Source: Rhodosorus marinus CCMP1338
Lineage: Eukaryota > Plantae > Rhodophyta
Assembly: GCA_029953675.1 (NCBI GenBank)
Contig: JAMWBK010000001.1
Location: forward strand, 62,001-126,000
Reading direction: 5' to 3'
Length of the DNA stretch: 64,000 nt
The notes under the pieces were generated by a model. The model worked only from the letters and a program-made list of their open reading frames with translations, had not been told where the DNA came from and searched no databases. Position 1 is the stretch's first letter, and each line of letters begins with the position of its first letter. Shown one piece after another: positions 12,016 through 27,368 of this stretch. The position numbers were made by a program, and so were the translations under genes.

Positions 12016-13597
12016 ATTGAAAAACAAATAATTACAAACACCAACACTACCTCCCTCAACACTTCCGTTCCTTCTGATCACCTCCCTCGTTCATCCAACT
12101 CAGCAAAGGTCAAAATTAAACCTTACCTCAATCCATGCCCGTCCGAACGCCCCAGCCCGTATCGACGTCCCATCCGAGCACAATAGCGGTGAAAATCAAC
12201 CTTCTTCTTCCCTTCCCAGCAAAAATGGTCCATAGCCGCCGTCGTCCCCATGGTCGTCGATCAGTATGCTTTCAAGATAAAAATTCAGAGTATCAATCTC
12301 TTTTCGATGGCTTGCTCATCCCTCGATAACCCCCTTGATATCGAACTGGTTAAATACATCCGGGGGGTTATGGAGCATAGTAATATTATAATAAATTTTA
12401 TATATTCAATAATTTAGGATCCCGTACCCCTTTCGCCAAATATGCGCAATTGAGCTCCATAGGGGTCTACAAGCCATTGTTGGTAATACCATATTGATTG
12501 ACCTGGTCTTGCGAGAGTTTCTGATTGGAGTTTGGGCATCCTTTATTTTCAATGGGTATTAGCCATTTATGTTTGCTTACGGCTAGGGTTGAGGTTGTAC
12601 AAGGTCAGTGCGAAGCTTGTAGCATTGTAAATGCTTGTGTAGGAAGATGTTTCTGGTTGCCACTGGAGACTCCAATGAACTTTTGGTTGCATGTGTGTGT
12701 GAACCAAGCTTTTGAGTTGTGAGTTGAGTCAATGCGGTGCTGGCTTCGGGAAATTTGCTTCTTGCAGGTAGCTGGATGAGCGTTTAGTTCTGGATATAGT
12801 GAGAAAGAGGATCCACGACTTTTTTGGATTTGGTCTGGGCAGTTTCAGGTCGACCTTGGAGGTAGGGTAGGACTCATTGGCGATCTCAGCGCTGAGGTCA
12901 ATACTTGGTCGGAAAGGCTCACAGGTTCGAGGCGCAGCCTCTTGCTGGTGCTTGGGTGCCACGTAAGTGCCCATCCACGACCAGATTGCACTGAGGCGCA
13001 AAGAATTGCGCAGAAGTTGGATGACCCGCCGTAGGTCGAAGGGTCAGAGCACGGCTCGACCGGCTGGACTGATTGGCGCAGGAAGAGGGAGGGTTCATGA
13101 TCCGCCGGTGAGGATAGGAACTGCAATCCAGTTCGGATCGGGATGGAAGAGGAATGCACCCCAGAAAAGGGCTTTTGACGCAGACGCAGAGCCCGTATTC
13201 TCCGTCGCCCCACCAACCCCACTAAAAGTCTGGAAGCGCTGGAAAGCTCTGCGCATAGACATGATCGCACAAATATATCCTTTATACAAATCAGCTGTAA
13301 ACGCCGACCAGCAGAGTACAACGACCATCCTCCCTCCAGAGAATCTAAATAACAAAGCACTGCCTATACCAAACAAAAACCAGAGCACGGTCGGTTTCGC
13401 AGCCGGGACTGGCAGTCTCCATTACTGCTTCAGCAGCACAGAGAGCACCATATTCGTTTACCTCCAGCTCGGCGGTCAACAAATATGTGAAGCACACAAA
13501 CTTGCGGTATACAACCACGTCGACCACCAGCTGTTGAAGTTTCGCCAACCTTTGCTCAAAATCTCCTACTCAAAATCATCTTTGGCGACGAAAAGAT

Positions 13598-14898
13598 CTA
13601 CAGAGCTGCTTCATTTCTTTTCAGCCAGTCATCCACCATTCCCAATAGCTGCAGCGGTCAAAGAAGAAGAGCGAGATTTTCAATTGTTCAGCAAGGGTAC
13701 GTCCATGAAATCCCGGAGTACAACTATAAATGGAAGCGGTACACGCACCACATCTGGCTTTTCTTCATGTGGATTATGCCCGCAGTCCGAAATTGTTTGA
13801 AACTCAGCGTGCGGAATACACTTTTGTAAGTGTTCTACCTCAGGAAGCTGAACAATCTTGTCATGCGAAGCACTAAGAATCTACGTAAACGGAAATGGAG
13901 CAAAGATGTTAGCGATATTTCTTAACGAGTGGAGAGAGGATATTTCTCAAGACTCTTCTAGGGATCGCAAACGTATAAGCTCGTACCAGGACAGGAATGC
14001 CTAGCCTCCGCGCATCATCCGACGAGTCGTAGTCTCGCATTGCTCGGACTATCTCCAACGCTCCGCGCACCCAGCCTGAGTGGCGCATAGGCCTAGTGTA
14101 CCCATAGAACACATCATCGCAATCTAACCTAGAGCTGTCAAAGTAGTATCTCTCAAGCACTTTCTCAAAAGACGCGCGACAGGTTGCCTTCTTCCCCACT
14201 GCCATGAAGAACAGAACGGAAGCGATGATGGGAATTTTGAAAAGGAACAGAAGGAAATTTGGCAGTCTGATTCTGGAACGAGTAAGCCTTGTCGCTGGGG
14301 CAATGAGTACGAGTGCCCTGACCCTTCCAGGGTTGTTTACAGCCATCTGAATAGCTAGGGACGCGCCCATTGAATGTCCTACGGCAACGACTTTGTCCAT
14401 TTGAAACTCTTCCATGACTCCTTGTGCATGTCTTTTGCCGAAATCCAGGGAGTACGGATTCACCCTCCCACCGGCGAGGGCCCAGGAAAATGGACGAGGT
14501 CGTGAGCTTAAACCGAACGGAGGCCTGTCAAATGCAACACACTGACCGCCGCCAATTCTGGACAGCGGCTCCAAAATCCGCTTAAATGAATACGTAGACC
14601 CCAATACTCCATGCAATAAGAGCACGTCCACCTTCCCCGACTTCCTCGCGGGTTTCCCCGCGACCGCACAGTGCGTCCTGATCCTTCCGCCTCCAGCCTT
14701 TCCAGTATCTACATACACAAACTTAGACTCCTCTTCGTCTAGAACGAGCTGCGCCGGTTCAGTAACGGCCGACTGCGCCAGGTGAATCAGAGCACGTCCA
14801 ACTGACACCTTTCTCGTTCGAAGCCCAGTCACTCTGCTGGCATCTACGCAGGTTGGGTTCAGAAATCCAACTCGTGAAGCCCTTCGTCTTGTTTCCAT
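13598..14898 (-). CDS. Alpha/beta hydrolase (abhydrolase_6 type), 3 exons
   Basis: Exons 14898-13987, 13880-13749 and 13648-13598 (introns 106 and 100 bp). LLHG oxyanion loop, AFDRPPFGLS, GHSMG nucleophile elbow, HDKIV acid region, CGHNPHEEKP catalytic His. Confidence 0.88.
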
Positions 14899-17800
14899 TT
14901 CTAGTCAGAAGCAGCTGCAGCCCTTCTTCCCACGCTCTATCACCCGTCCCACCTATTCAGGCCTTTGACACCCCTTTGCTCTGCGACCTAGCCCTGCACC
15001 TGCCATGCATGCGACGAATTCTTCTGGAGCCAACGGACAAACGCCTGTCTGGTCAAATGGAGTTTCAATACAAGAGGGCCCATTACCAAGACATCCAGCA
15101 AAAGCGTCATAGTAGTATTCAGTCAATTTAATAGTATTAAAGATTGATAAGGCTCTTTTTTTACTCCTTCTCAGTCTCCCATCGACTATAGACCGATGGC
15201 GCTAAGTGACACTTACACATCAATACCAAATACTGCGAAAACCCAACTCGAGCACTCGAAGAATCTGATATTTCCTTATGGCAAAAGGTTCTATCGGAAC
15301 ATCGAAAAAAGAATAGCAAAAGGAAAAAGTGGTCGCAATGATTGAAGGGAATCTCTTTTTGTGTACTGCGAATAGAATTCTTTTGGATCCAAACTGGGGC
15401 CCTCCGTGTTTCGGGTCATTGCTGATGTCCTCGGCTTGAGAGCTGTGTGTTCTTCAGGCCCTGGAGTATTCACAGGTAGTAAACGTCCTGATAGTGTATA
15501 CCGGAAAAAAACAAACTTGAGCTGTTTTCAAGAAATCCGAATCATCAAAGTAGCGGGATCGTAGAGAAGGTCATTCCAGCAAAGCTTCACCACTCTCCTC
15601 TTCCCCCCCGCCCTCCCCCCCACGCGCCATTCTCGAAACAATTCGAAGTAATCTTTGTTTCTTGACGGGAAACAAGGAAAAACTGGTGGTACTACATTTT
15701 GATAGGACAATGAAATCACCTACAACCAAAGATTTGAAGATATTTTTTGTCGGTCTTGTATCAAGGATGTCCCAGCGTCATTCCAATTTCAATCAATCAT
15801 ATCAATTCTGGCGGAATATGTTTTCTACCTCTCGCGGTGGAAGAAAATGATTGATAACTTAAATTATAATGATCAAAAGATATCATTTAAAGCACAGTGA
15901 TTGGACAAAAATTGATACCGTTTTTGAAATAATAAATCCATTTTGTTAGGTGTGGGTAAGCTTGCGACACCATTGGCTACAGCGTTGTGCCGTTCTATCA
16001 GCTTAGATTCGTTGCTCCCTCTCGCGCTTTCGCGAGGGTTTTCACAAGAAAGCGCCTATTACCAATAAATCTTTGTTGCTAGTATTTCGCAGGGGAATCC
16101 CGTGCCAAGGATTGCTGGTTGTCGTTTCGGTCAGATCCGCACAGACGGGAAGGGGGAAAGGTTGGGGGAATGAGCAAGGAATTGTACTTTTATTTCGTAG
16201 TCTGCCATCGAGTCTTGACGACAACAATGCAATAGGCACGTATATCCAACGAACACGCCCATAACGGGATTATGAAAAGGCTCATCTAGGGTTTCAATTC
16301 TTCCATCAGCAAACTAGACTTGTCGGGGATAAATCGCTCTTTGCTTTATGATCAGTCTCTCGTTCTATCGTAATCCATGAGGAGTAGCCCCTCGGCCCAC
16401 CACAATATGACTTCATGTCCTCATGTACCCGGCTCACGTCAAAATGGTTCGGTGCTCGGGCTCAAAATCACCGGACGCTCGAAGCCTCGTAGCTACTTCG
16501 CGACGGTGGAGTATCGAACTGCTTCTTGTGCGGACGCCCCACCCGATGACCTCCCAGGTACGCGGTGCCCAGCTAGATCATACTGGATTTTTTGGTGCTT
16601 GTATTGGCTCACGCCAAAAGCCCTACCCAGCGGAGGCTTAGCAATCTTCTGGCAGTGAACCGCGACTCCATGTGCAAAAGCATCCTGGTGGTGGCGCTAC
16701 GTGGTCATCGCTGCTTTGCAGGGCAAAGTAGGCTACAACACCTTCTCCGGTATCGCATTCCACACTAGCCGAAAGGACTATGCTTAGCGGGCTATATATG
16801 TCTTTATCGCGGCTGTCCAATTGGTGTTATGAGTGCGCGCACACTAGCATTTATATCCAGCCACTTCTTCCCATACGTGCCCAGGTCCCATAGTCTTTGC
16901 GTGGTACGATGAGTCCAGCGCCTCTGATCGGCGGGCTCCTTCTATTCCCATGGGTGCTAATTGTGCACAAGAGCGACAGCTTCAGCATTCCATTTCTAGT
17001 CTTGCAGGAGCGATTCTGTATGCCCTCTGCACATTGGACTCCCTTCTGTCCACTAAGCTATGTTTTTTTGTCTCAATCGTCTGGATTCGTTGGGCCAGCT
17101 GTAGACTTCCGACGTCTGTTATGCTTTCTCGTAGCACCAGATCAATGGAAACCCATTGTTGGAATGAACAGAGTGAGTCTAGCCTGAAGAAATCCATTAG
17201 TGGCTTAACCCCGGAAGCTTCGGTTCCGCTTCGAAAAACCAAAAAAGTCCAAGTTGATCTAAGACTCGCCACACAAAAACAAGGGTCTTGACTTGCTCGT
17301 TACTGCTGAGATCACATCGGAACCTGTTTTCACTCTAAATATTCTCTGTCAAATACCTTGAGCGATCTTGGAACACTCTCTACCGCGTCTCTTCACCCTA
17401 AGCAACGGTTCTCCCGGGAAGCAAACGCCTGGGTTACCATCGGAGGTAACTTTTCTCATCGTTCTGACTGGGGTGGAGGTTCAATATGAAGCTCGCAAGA
17501 GGAATTGGTCGGGATTGCGACTGAGTAGGGAAGGGCATTCCAATAGTCCCGCCCTGTTGATCTTATGCTAAAGGAGAGGAGTTGACAGATCGTCTATAGT
17601 TCTAGGAGTTCTGCAAGGTTTGGGTAATCTAGAATGTTGATATGGGTTCCTGTTGCACTTTTTTCGGCGGTGGGTGCATATATGTATATGCGATGTCGGC
17701 GTGTTGTCAGGGAATCTCGAGAAGAGGTAGACCTCAGTATTGCAGTGGTGAGCAACAAATATGCACAATCTCTGCGAGCCGTAGACGGATGATATAGATT

Positions 17801-18344
17801 CCAAAGAGCGATCACTCTTATGCTAGAGGAAAAGAAATAGCTGAACGCAGAGTTTTCTTGCGCGCTTCTTCGATGACCTGCAGATCGTGGCTTTGCGGCA
17901 GAAGGTTGTTGAGCTGGAGGAGGCTTTCCGCGCGGCTGGTTTGGTTACGAGACCTGCAGGAACTCCATCTATCGGACCGTCCTATGAAGTGAACACTGCT
18001 GAGGCCTGTGTTGTGGACGTTGGCGCAAATGGATGATGATTCGCGTCGGTTCGTATACATGTATATATATAAAGAAATGAGTAGCTGAACAAACCAGAGA
18101 GCGAATGAGAATCGCTTAGTTGAGAGCAAATCAGCCCGAACTGGGCGCTTCGGAGACCACTACCGAAATCCAAAAGCTCTAGGGACGGAAGCACAAGTAG
18201 TCTTAGTCTCAAATTGCTTACGAGTCTCTCCTTCGGCTCAGCTCTTCATGAAGAGGTGTGTAGCGGGTCTGGGTATGAAAGGATCTCCCCCCAGACCCGC
18301 CTCGGACTCGTGGTGGGATCCGCTTGCAACTGAGTCGGGACAGG

Positions 18345-18401
18345 TTGACCGCTGAATCCCGCATCCGACTAAATTGACCGCTGAATCCCGCATCCGACTA
18401 A
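18345..18401. repeat. Perfect 28-bp tandem duplication (29-bp period)
   Basis: ttgaccgctgaatcccgcatccgactaa at 18345-18372 and 18374-18401. Confidence 0.95.
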
Positions 18402-18791
18402 TCGGCATGTGCAGTTTTGCGCTTATTCCGCCGATCTAGCGGCAATCAACTTAGGCGTTGTTCGCAGACTCAATACATAGGCGCCGGGGCTCCCCCTTCT
18501 TTTCTGGGGATGCGCAGTCTAGCGTTATCCACTTATCAGCCCTGAACGATTTGCTGAGTACCCGCCCACCAAAGGGCGACCGTGACAGTCAAGCGTAGAG
18601 GAGAGCATTGGGATCACGAGCTTTGACGTAGGGAGGGAATTTGTGCGAAGTGTCCTCAAGACAAAGCCTTCGAAAAGAGAAGTTGTGAAGTTGCAAGGAT
18701 AGCTAGCAGGCACATATGTTATGCGTTGTTTTGAGAATCTGGAGGATCTGAACTGGAGAAATTTTTGAAGAGATTTTGAGTTTCAGTTTGG

Positions 18792-19920
18792 ATGCGGCCG
18801 AAAGGAGTCGCTGGAATCTTACATGGTGGCGGCGATCGGCTTTTTCAGCGAATTTCATCCGGTTTCGGACGGTTGAAGTTTTTCGAGGATGGGGTGGGAA
18901 ACTTGCGTGAGCATGAGGCATGGATATCGTCTCTTAAGGACGGACCTGTTGCGGCGCCGCATGCGATAGAGATTAAATGGACTGATTGGCGGGAGAACCG
19001 GCTGCTTGGTTTTGCGTGGAGGGAAGGTGTGTTCTTATCGCCATCGGCGGTATCATTAAATCTACCAGAAAGCTGCCATCGTGCGCGGTTTGCGTTCTTG
19101 GAGCCTGAGTCATGGATGAAGAGGAGCGAGGATGCCGTTTTGATACTGGCTGGCACGGGAGATCACGGGTATCTTTTTCGAACGTTGAACTTGGCGGCTC
19201 CGCTTCTCCGGGCGGGGGTTTCCGTGATCATTCTTGAAAATGCGATGTATGGAAAAAGAAAACCTGCATTTCAGACCGGCTCAAAGCTGAGAAAGGTCTC
19301 GGACCTACTGGCTCTCGGTAGAGTCACCATTGAGGAGTCACGATCGCTACTGGAGTTTCTTCGAACGGAACCTAGCACCTCCGGCGAGAGAGCTCTTGCG
19401 GTAATGGGATGCTCAATGGGCGGGCTTCATGCTGCAATGAGTGCATCTCTCATGAACGACCCCATTGGCGTGGTTGCCGCATTTGCCCCACCGAACGCGG
19501 ACGTGGCCTTCGTGAAAGGCATCATGAACAAGACCATGAGTGCAAACATTCTTCCGTCTCTCGACTCCGTCCTGTATGCGACGGACATTCGTAACTTTCC
19601 TCGGAAGAACTTCCCGGCCGTGCTCATCAGCGGAAACTCAGACCTGTACGTATGCAATGTCCCATGCCAAGGCTAAGACAAGCTCGTCTCATTCCAGCCA
19701 TCTTTCCCCTGTCAGCTACGTGCCGGCGGAGCACTCCGTGAACACATGGCGATCCCACTGGCCATCGATTGACGTCCGATTCGTTAACTCAGGACACCTT
19801 TCCGGCATGGTCCTCAATCGGCATGTTATTGCTTCTTCCGCAATCGACGTTCTCAGAGCCGTTACAACCTGTACTAGTAACACTGTCAATCATCGACAGG
19901 AAGATGCCACGCTCGTGTAG
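18792..19920 (+). CDS. ABHD18 / DUF2048 alpha/beta hydrolase, 2 exons
   Basis: Exons 18792-19645 and 19716-19920 (70-bp intron, giving NSDLYVP). LAGTGDHG, ILENAMYGKRKP, GCSMGG nucleophile motif, SGHLSG His motif. Confidence 0.88.
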
Positions 19921-20578
19921 CGCAGTCAAGAAGCAAAACAAAATGGCTAGTAGCATCGAACCTTGTGATCTTCGGGAGGATCGCCAATGAGCGTAATGCG
20001 CACTGCGGGTCGGACACTGCGCCAGAGAGGAAACCAATTCAATGAGAACGTGTACATTGTTCTTCTCCTTGATCCCTGCCTTCAATACCTCGCATCAGGT
20101 CGGCTGGAGCAGCATGTGGTCACATGGATGCAATGAGTTTGAGAGATGATCCTTGCAGTGAGGTGTTCCACACAGTTTTAATAGCATTGTTCATTCATGA
20201 AATATGCAGCAGTTCAATCCGAAATCAGCGGGCAGGGCAACCTCCACTTTCTTTGTCTATTGGCGGTCAGTGCTCCACCTGACCCCTTGTACAATATACA
20301 CTATTAAGTACATTCTAGCAGCTATGCATTGCCAGTCTATTCACGTTGGAGCCTAGGACGCAAGCTCGTGGACGATTACCACCATGACTGCTCCGTGGGG
20401 ATGCTTGTAACCAGGCTGATCCGGATGCAGACAATCATCTTTTGGCCTTCTATCGGTGATAGGTCATGCGGCATGTGCAGTCGCAACCGGTTTCTAGTCT
20501 GCGCAAGCGATTCCTCTGCCCATCAAGTCTCTTTCGTTGTTTGGGGATTGGAACTGATGGTTTGTCAGCAGCGCTAAA

Positions 20579-21938
20579 TTAAACCTTTTTGTCTCCGTCA
20601 AGATTCGGAAGATCTGGTTGAAGAGATTCTGCGCCAGATGGATCATCTTCGACATCGAATTCAGGAAGATCTTCCTCAGTTGATACTGTTTCAAACGGTT
20701 TCGCATCTGCATCTGGGTCAAGCCCAAAACCCCGGAAAAAGTTGGTTGACAGGTCCGCACGTCTCGATTGTATTTCCTTCACTAGTTGCTCTCCATGTCG
20801 AGTGTTAAAGAGAGTTCGCCCAAGCACTACGGCGTCGAATCCCATGTCCAGAAGGTCGTAGCATTCCCCCGCTGAAGAGTACCCACCTCCAGCTGCAGTT
20901 ATGATGAAATCTGGAATACTAGGACGCAGGCGTTCAGCAGTCATGGGCTCCTATTCACATTCAGATTCCAGAGGCACGAACAGGCTAGTTCAATCCTCTG
21001 TATCAAGCAATCACCACTTGCTATAAGAGTCTCCAAACTCCGATCTGTGAATACAGCTGACTCACTTATCGCCCGATTGTAAGGCAGAAGCTAAACGAGA
21101 GCAAGGGTAACTAATCTAACAACGAGCTGTTTTGGCGAAGCCTCTGTTTCAACGCATTGCGTGGAACCGCAGATGACAGCCCAACAAATCGCATTCACGA
21201 GTTCGGTATTATCGATAAAATTACCTCTTGATTCGTAGCTCGGTTTAGGTTGGAGACTAGTATGATCGCGGCTCCGGCTTCAACAGCAAAGGCGAGTTCG
21301 ATGTCTGTATGTACTTCGACAATTGATTCCAGTCCCATGAGGGTAGCCGAGTTGAGCAAACTTTCCAAGTCGGGAAGGCAAGCTCCGGCGATGATGAGGA
21401 CGGCTTTCGCGCCACAGAGACTTGCCTCTGCAATCTGAAGTGGATGGACAATAAAATCTCCCCTGACCAGCGGCAGTTTCAGTTGCGAACCTGCCGCGGC
21501 GAGATGGTTTAGATCGCCTTCGTACTGTTCTCCATCCGTCCAAATCATTGTTGCGTCGCAACCCCATTCTGCAGTCGTTTTCGCAACGATCTTCACTAGG
21601 TCCTGATCGTAGTCCAAAACCCTCAGCGGCTCTTCCCCGGGATGCACGGGATGTCTCTTCTTTAGCTCTGCTACAATTCCCAACCTTCCATCCGCCCTGC
21701 GAAGCGCTCGGTATAGACTCCCCTCTGTGGCATCGGCTTCAGCAAAATTCGTCCTCAATGCAAGCGGATGATCAGGCCTCTCCTTCAAGATCTTCTCAAG
21801 TTTCTCAATTTCGTCGAATTTTCTCTCTACAAGTCCATAAAGCAGACCCTCCGGCTTCCATTCCTTAGACTCTCGGCAAACTGCCCTCCTCCTTCCTCGA
21901 AACTGACCAACGCTACTCACAAAGCCGAGTACATTCAT
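20579..21938 (-). CDS. Indole-3-glycerol-phosphate synthase-like protein (divergent, plastid-type presequence), 2 exons
   Basis: Exons 21938-21225 and 20950-20579 (274-bp intron). IVAELKK, TD..QYEG, RGDFIVHPLQIAEA, IVEVH, NLNR, DAVVLG. Several canonical catalytic-motif residues deviate (see findings). Confidence 0.85.
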
Positions 21939-22892
21939 CCTTCATTTTCCTCAAATCATACCGCTAACTGATAGTGGCTATTCCTTCGAGCAAAATGAAA
22001 CTGACCCATACACGTGACGGTATAAATGATCCCATCTCCTTGTTTGCAAACTTCCCTTAACCCCTCTCCAAAACACCGAAGCTTCCAGACCCTAATCTGT
22101 TCCACCACCGTCAGACGGCCTTGGTGAAGATGAAAGGCGGCTACCACTGGGCATCTGCAGCTTCATCCGAAGCGCGGAACGTCTCTGAATGATCTCAAAG
22201 ACCGATGTTGCTCTGTTCCCAAAGGACCTCTCTTCCTTCAGAGAAGACGTGGCTGAGGGGGATTAGAGGAACCCTCGTCTAGGCGGCTTAGGATCGGCCA
22301 TCACCTCCCGCTTGCGTTTCTATGGCGAGCAGGACCGAGCGGGGGAACTTGAGCTACAGGAATTCCATGGCCTCGTTGTTAGATGCTTCTCGACGAACGG
22401 AGTGGCCGATGTCACCTCTTATGAGCCGATCATGATCAAGACGGCGGTCTTGTTCTTTACCCCGAGTGGACTTTCCCTGAGTGTGAAGGGCGTATGCACT
22501 GTCGGCAGGCAGAAGTCAACAAACGGATTCGTTTCCTTGCGAACACTTTCCGTCTTTTCAGATCTCAAACTCGGTGAGGGTACTAAGAGCAGATCACAGT
22601 ATCTGAAGAACTCAGCCGAGTTTCGCCGTAGCCCCTCAGACAAAATGTCCTGAAGAGCCGGCAAGCATTAACTTTGATCTACACGGTCATCCGTTCTAAC
22701 AAAAAAGGGGCTGGCTACCCGACGTGTGAAAGGCATGACCAGTGTGAAAAGGCACGACCAGGGTGAAAGGAAAACAGCTCTTCTCCAACTAGGACGCGTA
22801 AATCTCTCCGTCTTCTATGCAGTTCAAATCCTAGTAGCTCAAGGGCTCCGGATTAAGGTCTCTACCCCCTTCAAGTCGGGCTCAACTATTCA

Positions 22893-24728
<1,836 letters not shown>

Positions 24729-27368
24729 TTCGTTGCATTCAAGAACAGGCCGATATTTCCTTTTAACCAAGCGCACCTAGCATGTCCTAAAACCGTTTAC
24801 TCCTAGCTGCTCTCCCTGTCCACAGAAAGACTCAGAGTGTTCCCCGCGTGACATCTGAAGAAAATATTCTTCAACTTTTCATCTTTCCATTGAGAGATAT
24901 GTACGGTTGGATGCATGTTGTGGAGGCGCACGTCTTCAGATAGAATCCCGTCATTTCGGGGTTCAGGAAGACACGTGCATGTGGAGGACCGGCGTTTCCT
25001 TGGTATTGGCAACGATGAACCGTAAGAGGCTGGATGTTCATTCAAAGTATATCGACTATCCTCCCATGATCTATATATGTACAACATCTGCATGGGACCG
25101 CCAGATATTTGCCGTGGACGTGGGGACGAAGATCTCGCGAGTACAGAATTTTACTTAGCCAATGCCGTTGCGTGGTCAATGTCGAGCACATACATGCTTG
25201 TGTATTCCCATCGCTCGCGGGAGATACGTCAGCTTGTCATGCCCCCCAATTCATGACGGCTATTATCCAAGATCGGCACTCGATGCCCTAAGGAGCCGTT
25301 GTCCGCGCATGATCGGATGAGCGGATCGACGCTCGACCGAAACTAGCTCAGCCCTTTGGTGGTTGTACACGTTCAGCTATTTTACGCACTTCTTTGCTTG
25401 CAGCATGTAGAGATTCGCATGGAAGGCGAGGTCCTGTGACAGGCCGCCTCGTGAGTTGGGCTTTAGCCAAGGCCTTAAATGTGTCACAGACGTTCCAGCG
25501 GATTCACTAGACCGCTGTCGATACGCCAATCGCCTCTTGCATACCTACTGCTTAGGTATGCTGTCAAAGCGGACCGGCTTACGTATCAGGAGGACTCATT
25601 TTCCTGCCTCTTTGTCGCCCTTATACAGTTAGTCGTTGCCAACCTTCCGGTGTGCTTGGAAGACTCTGCTGGAGCATTTTTCAAGCGGTCATTTAAATTG
25701 TAGATGTCTGCACTGAACAGGATGTTACTGAATCACATCCAACGCTGCAGCCATCCAAGACAGCATCTACAGTATCTGTAGTCTCAACTATCAGTCGAAT
25801 GCTCTTGAGCCCTGCTGGCTGGCGCTTTTGGCGAGGCTCAAGTCTAGTGACAGCATACGATTTCACGCGAAAGACTAGAGTAGCGTGTGGAGAGTTCCAC
25901 TGGCTAGCGTCACTGCCTGTAGCCCGCCCGATCGTTTATCACGGGAGACAGCATCCTCATCGCGGACGGGCTCGTTGCAAGAACCTGCTAGCTAGAAGTG
26001 TCAATTCCTACTTGCCGTCAACATAATTTAGAGGATATCGTTCTTAAATTTTTTACTACCCAGTCAAATCAGAAAGACCTGTCAATCAGCTGCCTAAATA
26101 TTGCTCTAAACGAATCGTTCAAACTCTAAACCGAGAAGACACGTGGAAGAACATCGCTATTCCATATGCCTTGAATAGATTTATTTCTGGAGTGGGATTA
26201 ACCATGTCTGTTTAGCTTTGTCCGTCCATCACACTTGACGTGGTCGGAAGCTTCCCCTTATTCCCCCAATCCGTGGAGATGAGATTCACAGCTGTGAATT
26301 TTAAATTTCTATATTGAATATTACACCCAGATATGGATTTGCTGTTTTGGGCAATTCGAATCGAGGATTAGTAAGCGAGCATTGATGACGACTGTACCCG
26401 CGTTTCGGAGTCCTATCAGATGAATCGGAAGACGTGGATCTACCAATAGAAAGCAACCGATAAGACTGAAGCAATCATTTCGTAGTTGAAATATTAAAAT
26501 AAAAGAGTATATTCAATCAATCGATGCACAGATGCCTCAATCGGGTGAGGGCATGTGTTCGATACTTGTGTGGCGTGATGTAAGAGGGTTGTGGGGGGGT
26601 GCTGTGGGACAGGAAACGGAAACTTTCTCTGATCAGAATGCTAATGGTGGTGACATTTTACTGTATTATCGATAACAGAAGTGTCTATCAAGTATGATAT
26701 TGAATTAATTATTAAAAAGCTCCACAACGCCCAACCAAAATATGAATAAACCAATAGGATGAGGAAGAATAACGTATTCTGGGAACTGGGTTCTGTCACC
26801 CCCCCTCCTCCAACAATGCTCAGAAGACGTTGCGTGCGGGGTTTTTTGGGACTCATAGCGATGGATCAAAACTTTGTATCTCTGAACAAGGAAACATGAG
26901 CTTGAAATCCCGAAGAAACAATAGCATACGGTGAGATGCACAATTCGTTTACTATATCGTAGGTCGTAATTTTTTGATATTTTTGTGGGTACGCTTTGAG
27001 TGAGACTCTTGTGCTGGCCGTTTCTTTGACCATTAGACGCCGCAGTCTTTTTTTTTTTTTTTTTAGGAACAGCTCTCTGGAGCTGGGGATGGGGGTCGTC
27101 TGCCTACCGTATATATATATAAATACCCATAATACCCATTGACAGCATAGTTGATTATTTTGACCAAACAGTTAGGTGTCTCTTTGGTATATTAACCTTG
27201 TTTGGTAGTGTCAACGTTCTCTTGGCAATCCGTTAACGAGGAGGTGGCTGTAGAGACTAGGAAGTTGACCGGTTGAAGGCTGTTTTCGAACGTATATATA
27301 TGTTCTTGGCTATCTTTAGAAGGGCTTGTTGCTGCTTGTGTTTCTAGTTCAAAAATTTTAGAGGAAAA

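Noticed and set aside
12967-13800. 277-aa plus-strand ORF
   Set aside because: Overlaps antisense to the last two exons of the alpha/beta hydrolase, has no recognisable motif and begins at a non-ATG codon. Probably a shadow ORF.
16300-17272. Possible Gypsy RT/RNaseH/integrase traces on the minus strand (GEGVVAYFAL; HFDVSRVHEDMKSY)
   Set aside because: The order would fit Gypsy, but each match is only a few residues, so it cannot be supported without an HMM search.
17884-18036. Protein-like plus-strand frame after a ctgcag acceptor (IVALRQKVVELEEAFRAAGLV...)
   Set aside because: No upstream exon or start codon could be linked to it.
21070-21094. 25-nt candidate micro-exon (tttag..gtgagt) in the long IGPS intron
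   Set aside because: Inclusion would shift the frame and create a stop; direct splicing already gives a sensible sequence.
22312-22653. 113-aa ORF between the IGPS-like and NDR kinase genes
   Set aside because: Non-ATG start, no motif and no convincing exon structure.
25455-25480. Partial resemblance to the U2 snRNA 5' end on the minus strand
   Set aside because: No branch-point recognition sequence (GTGTAGTA) or Sm site follows.
26641-26856. 71-aa ORF with one hydrophobic segment
   Set aside because: Does not match small membrane proteins I know (Sec61beta, RAMP4); within chance expectation.
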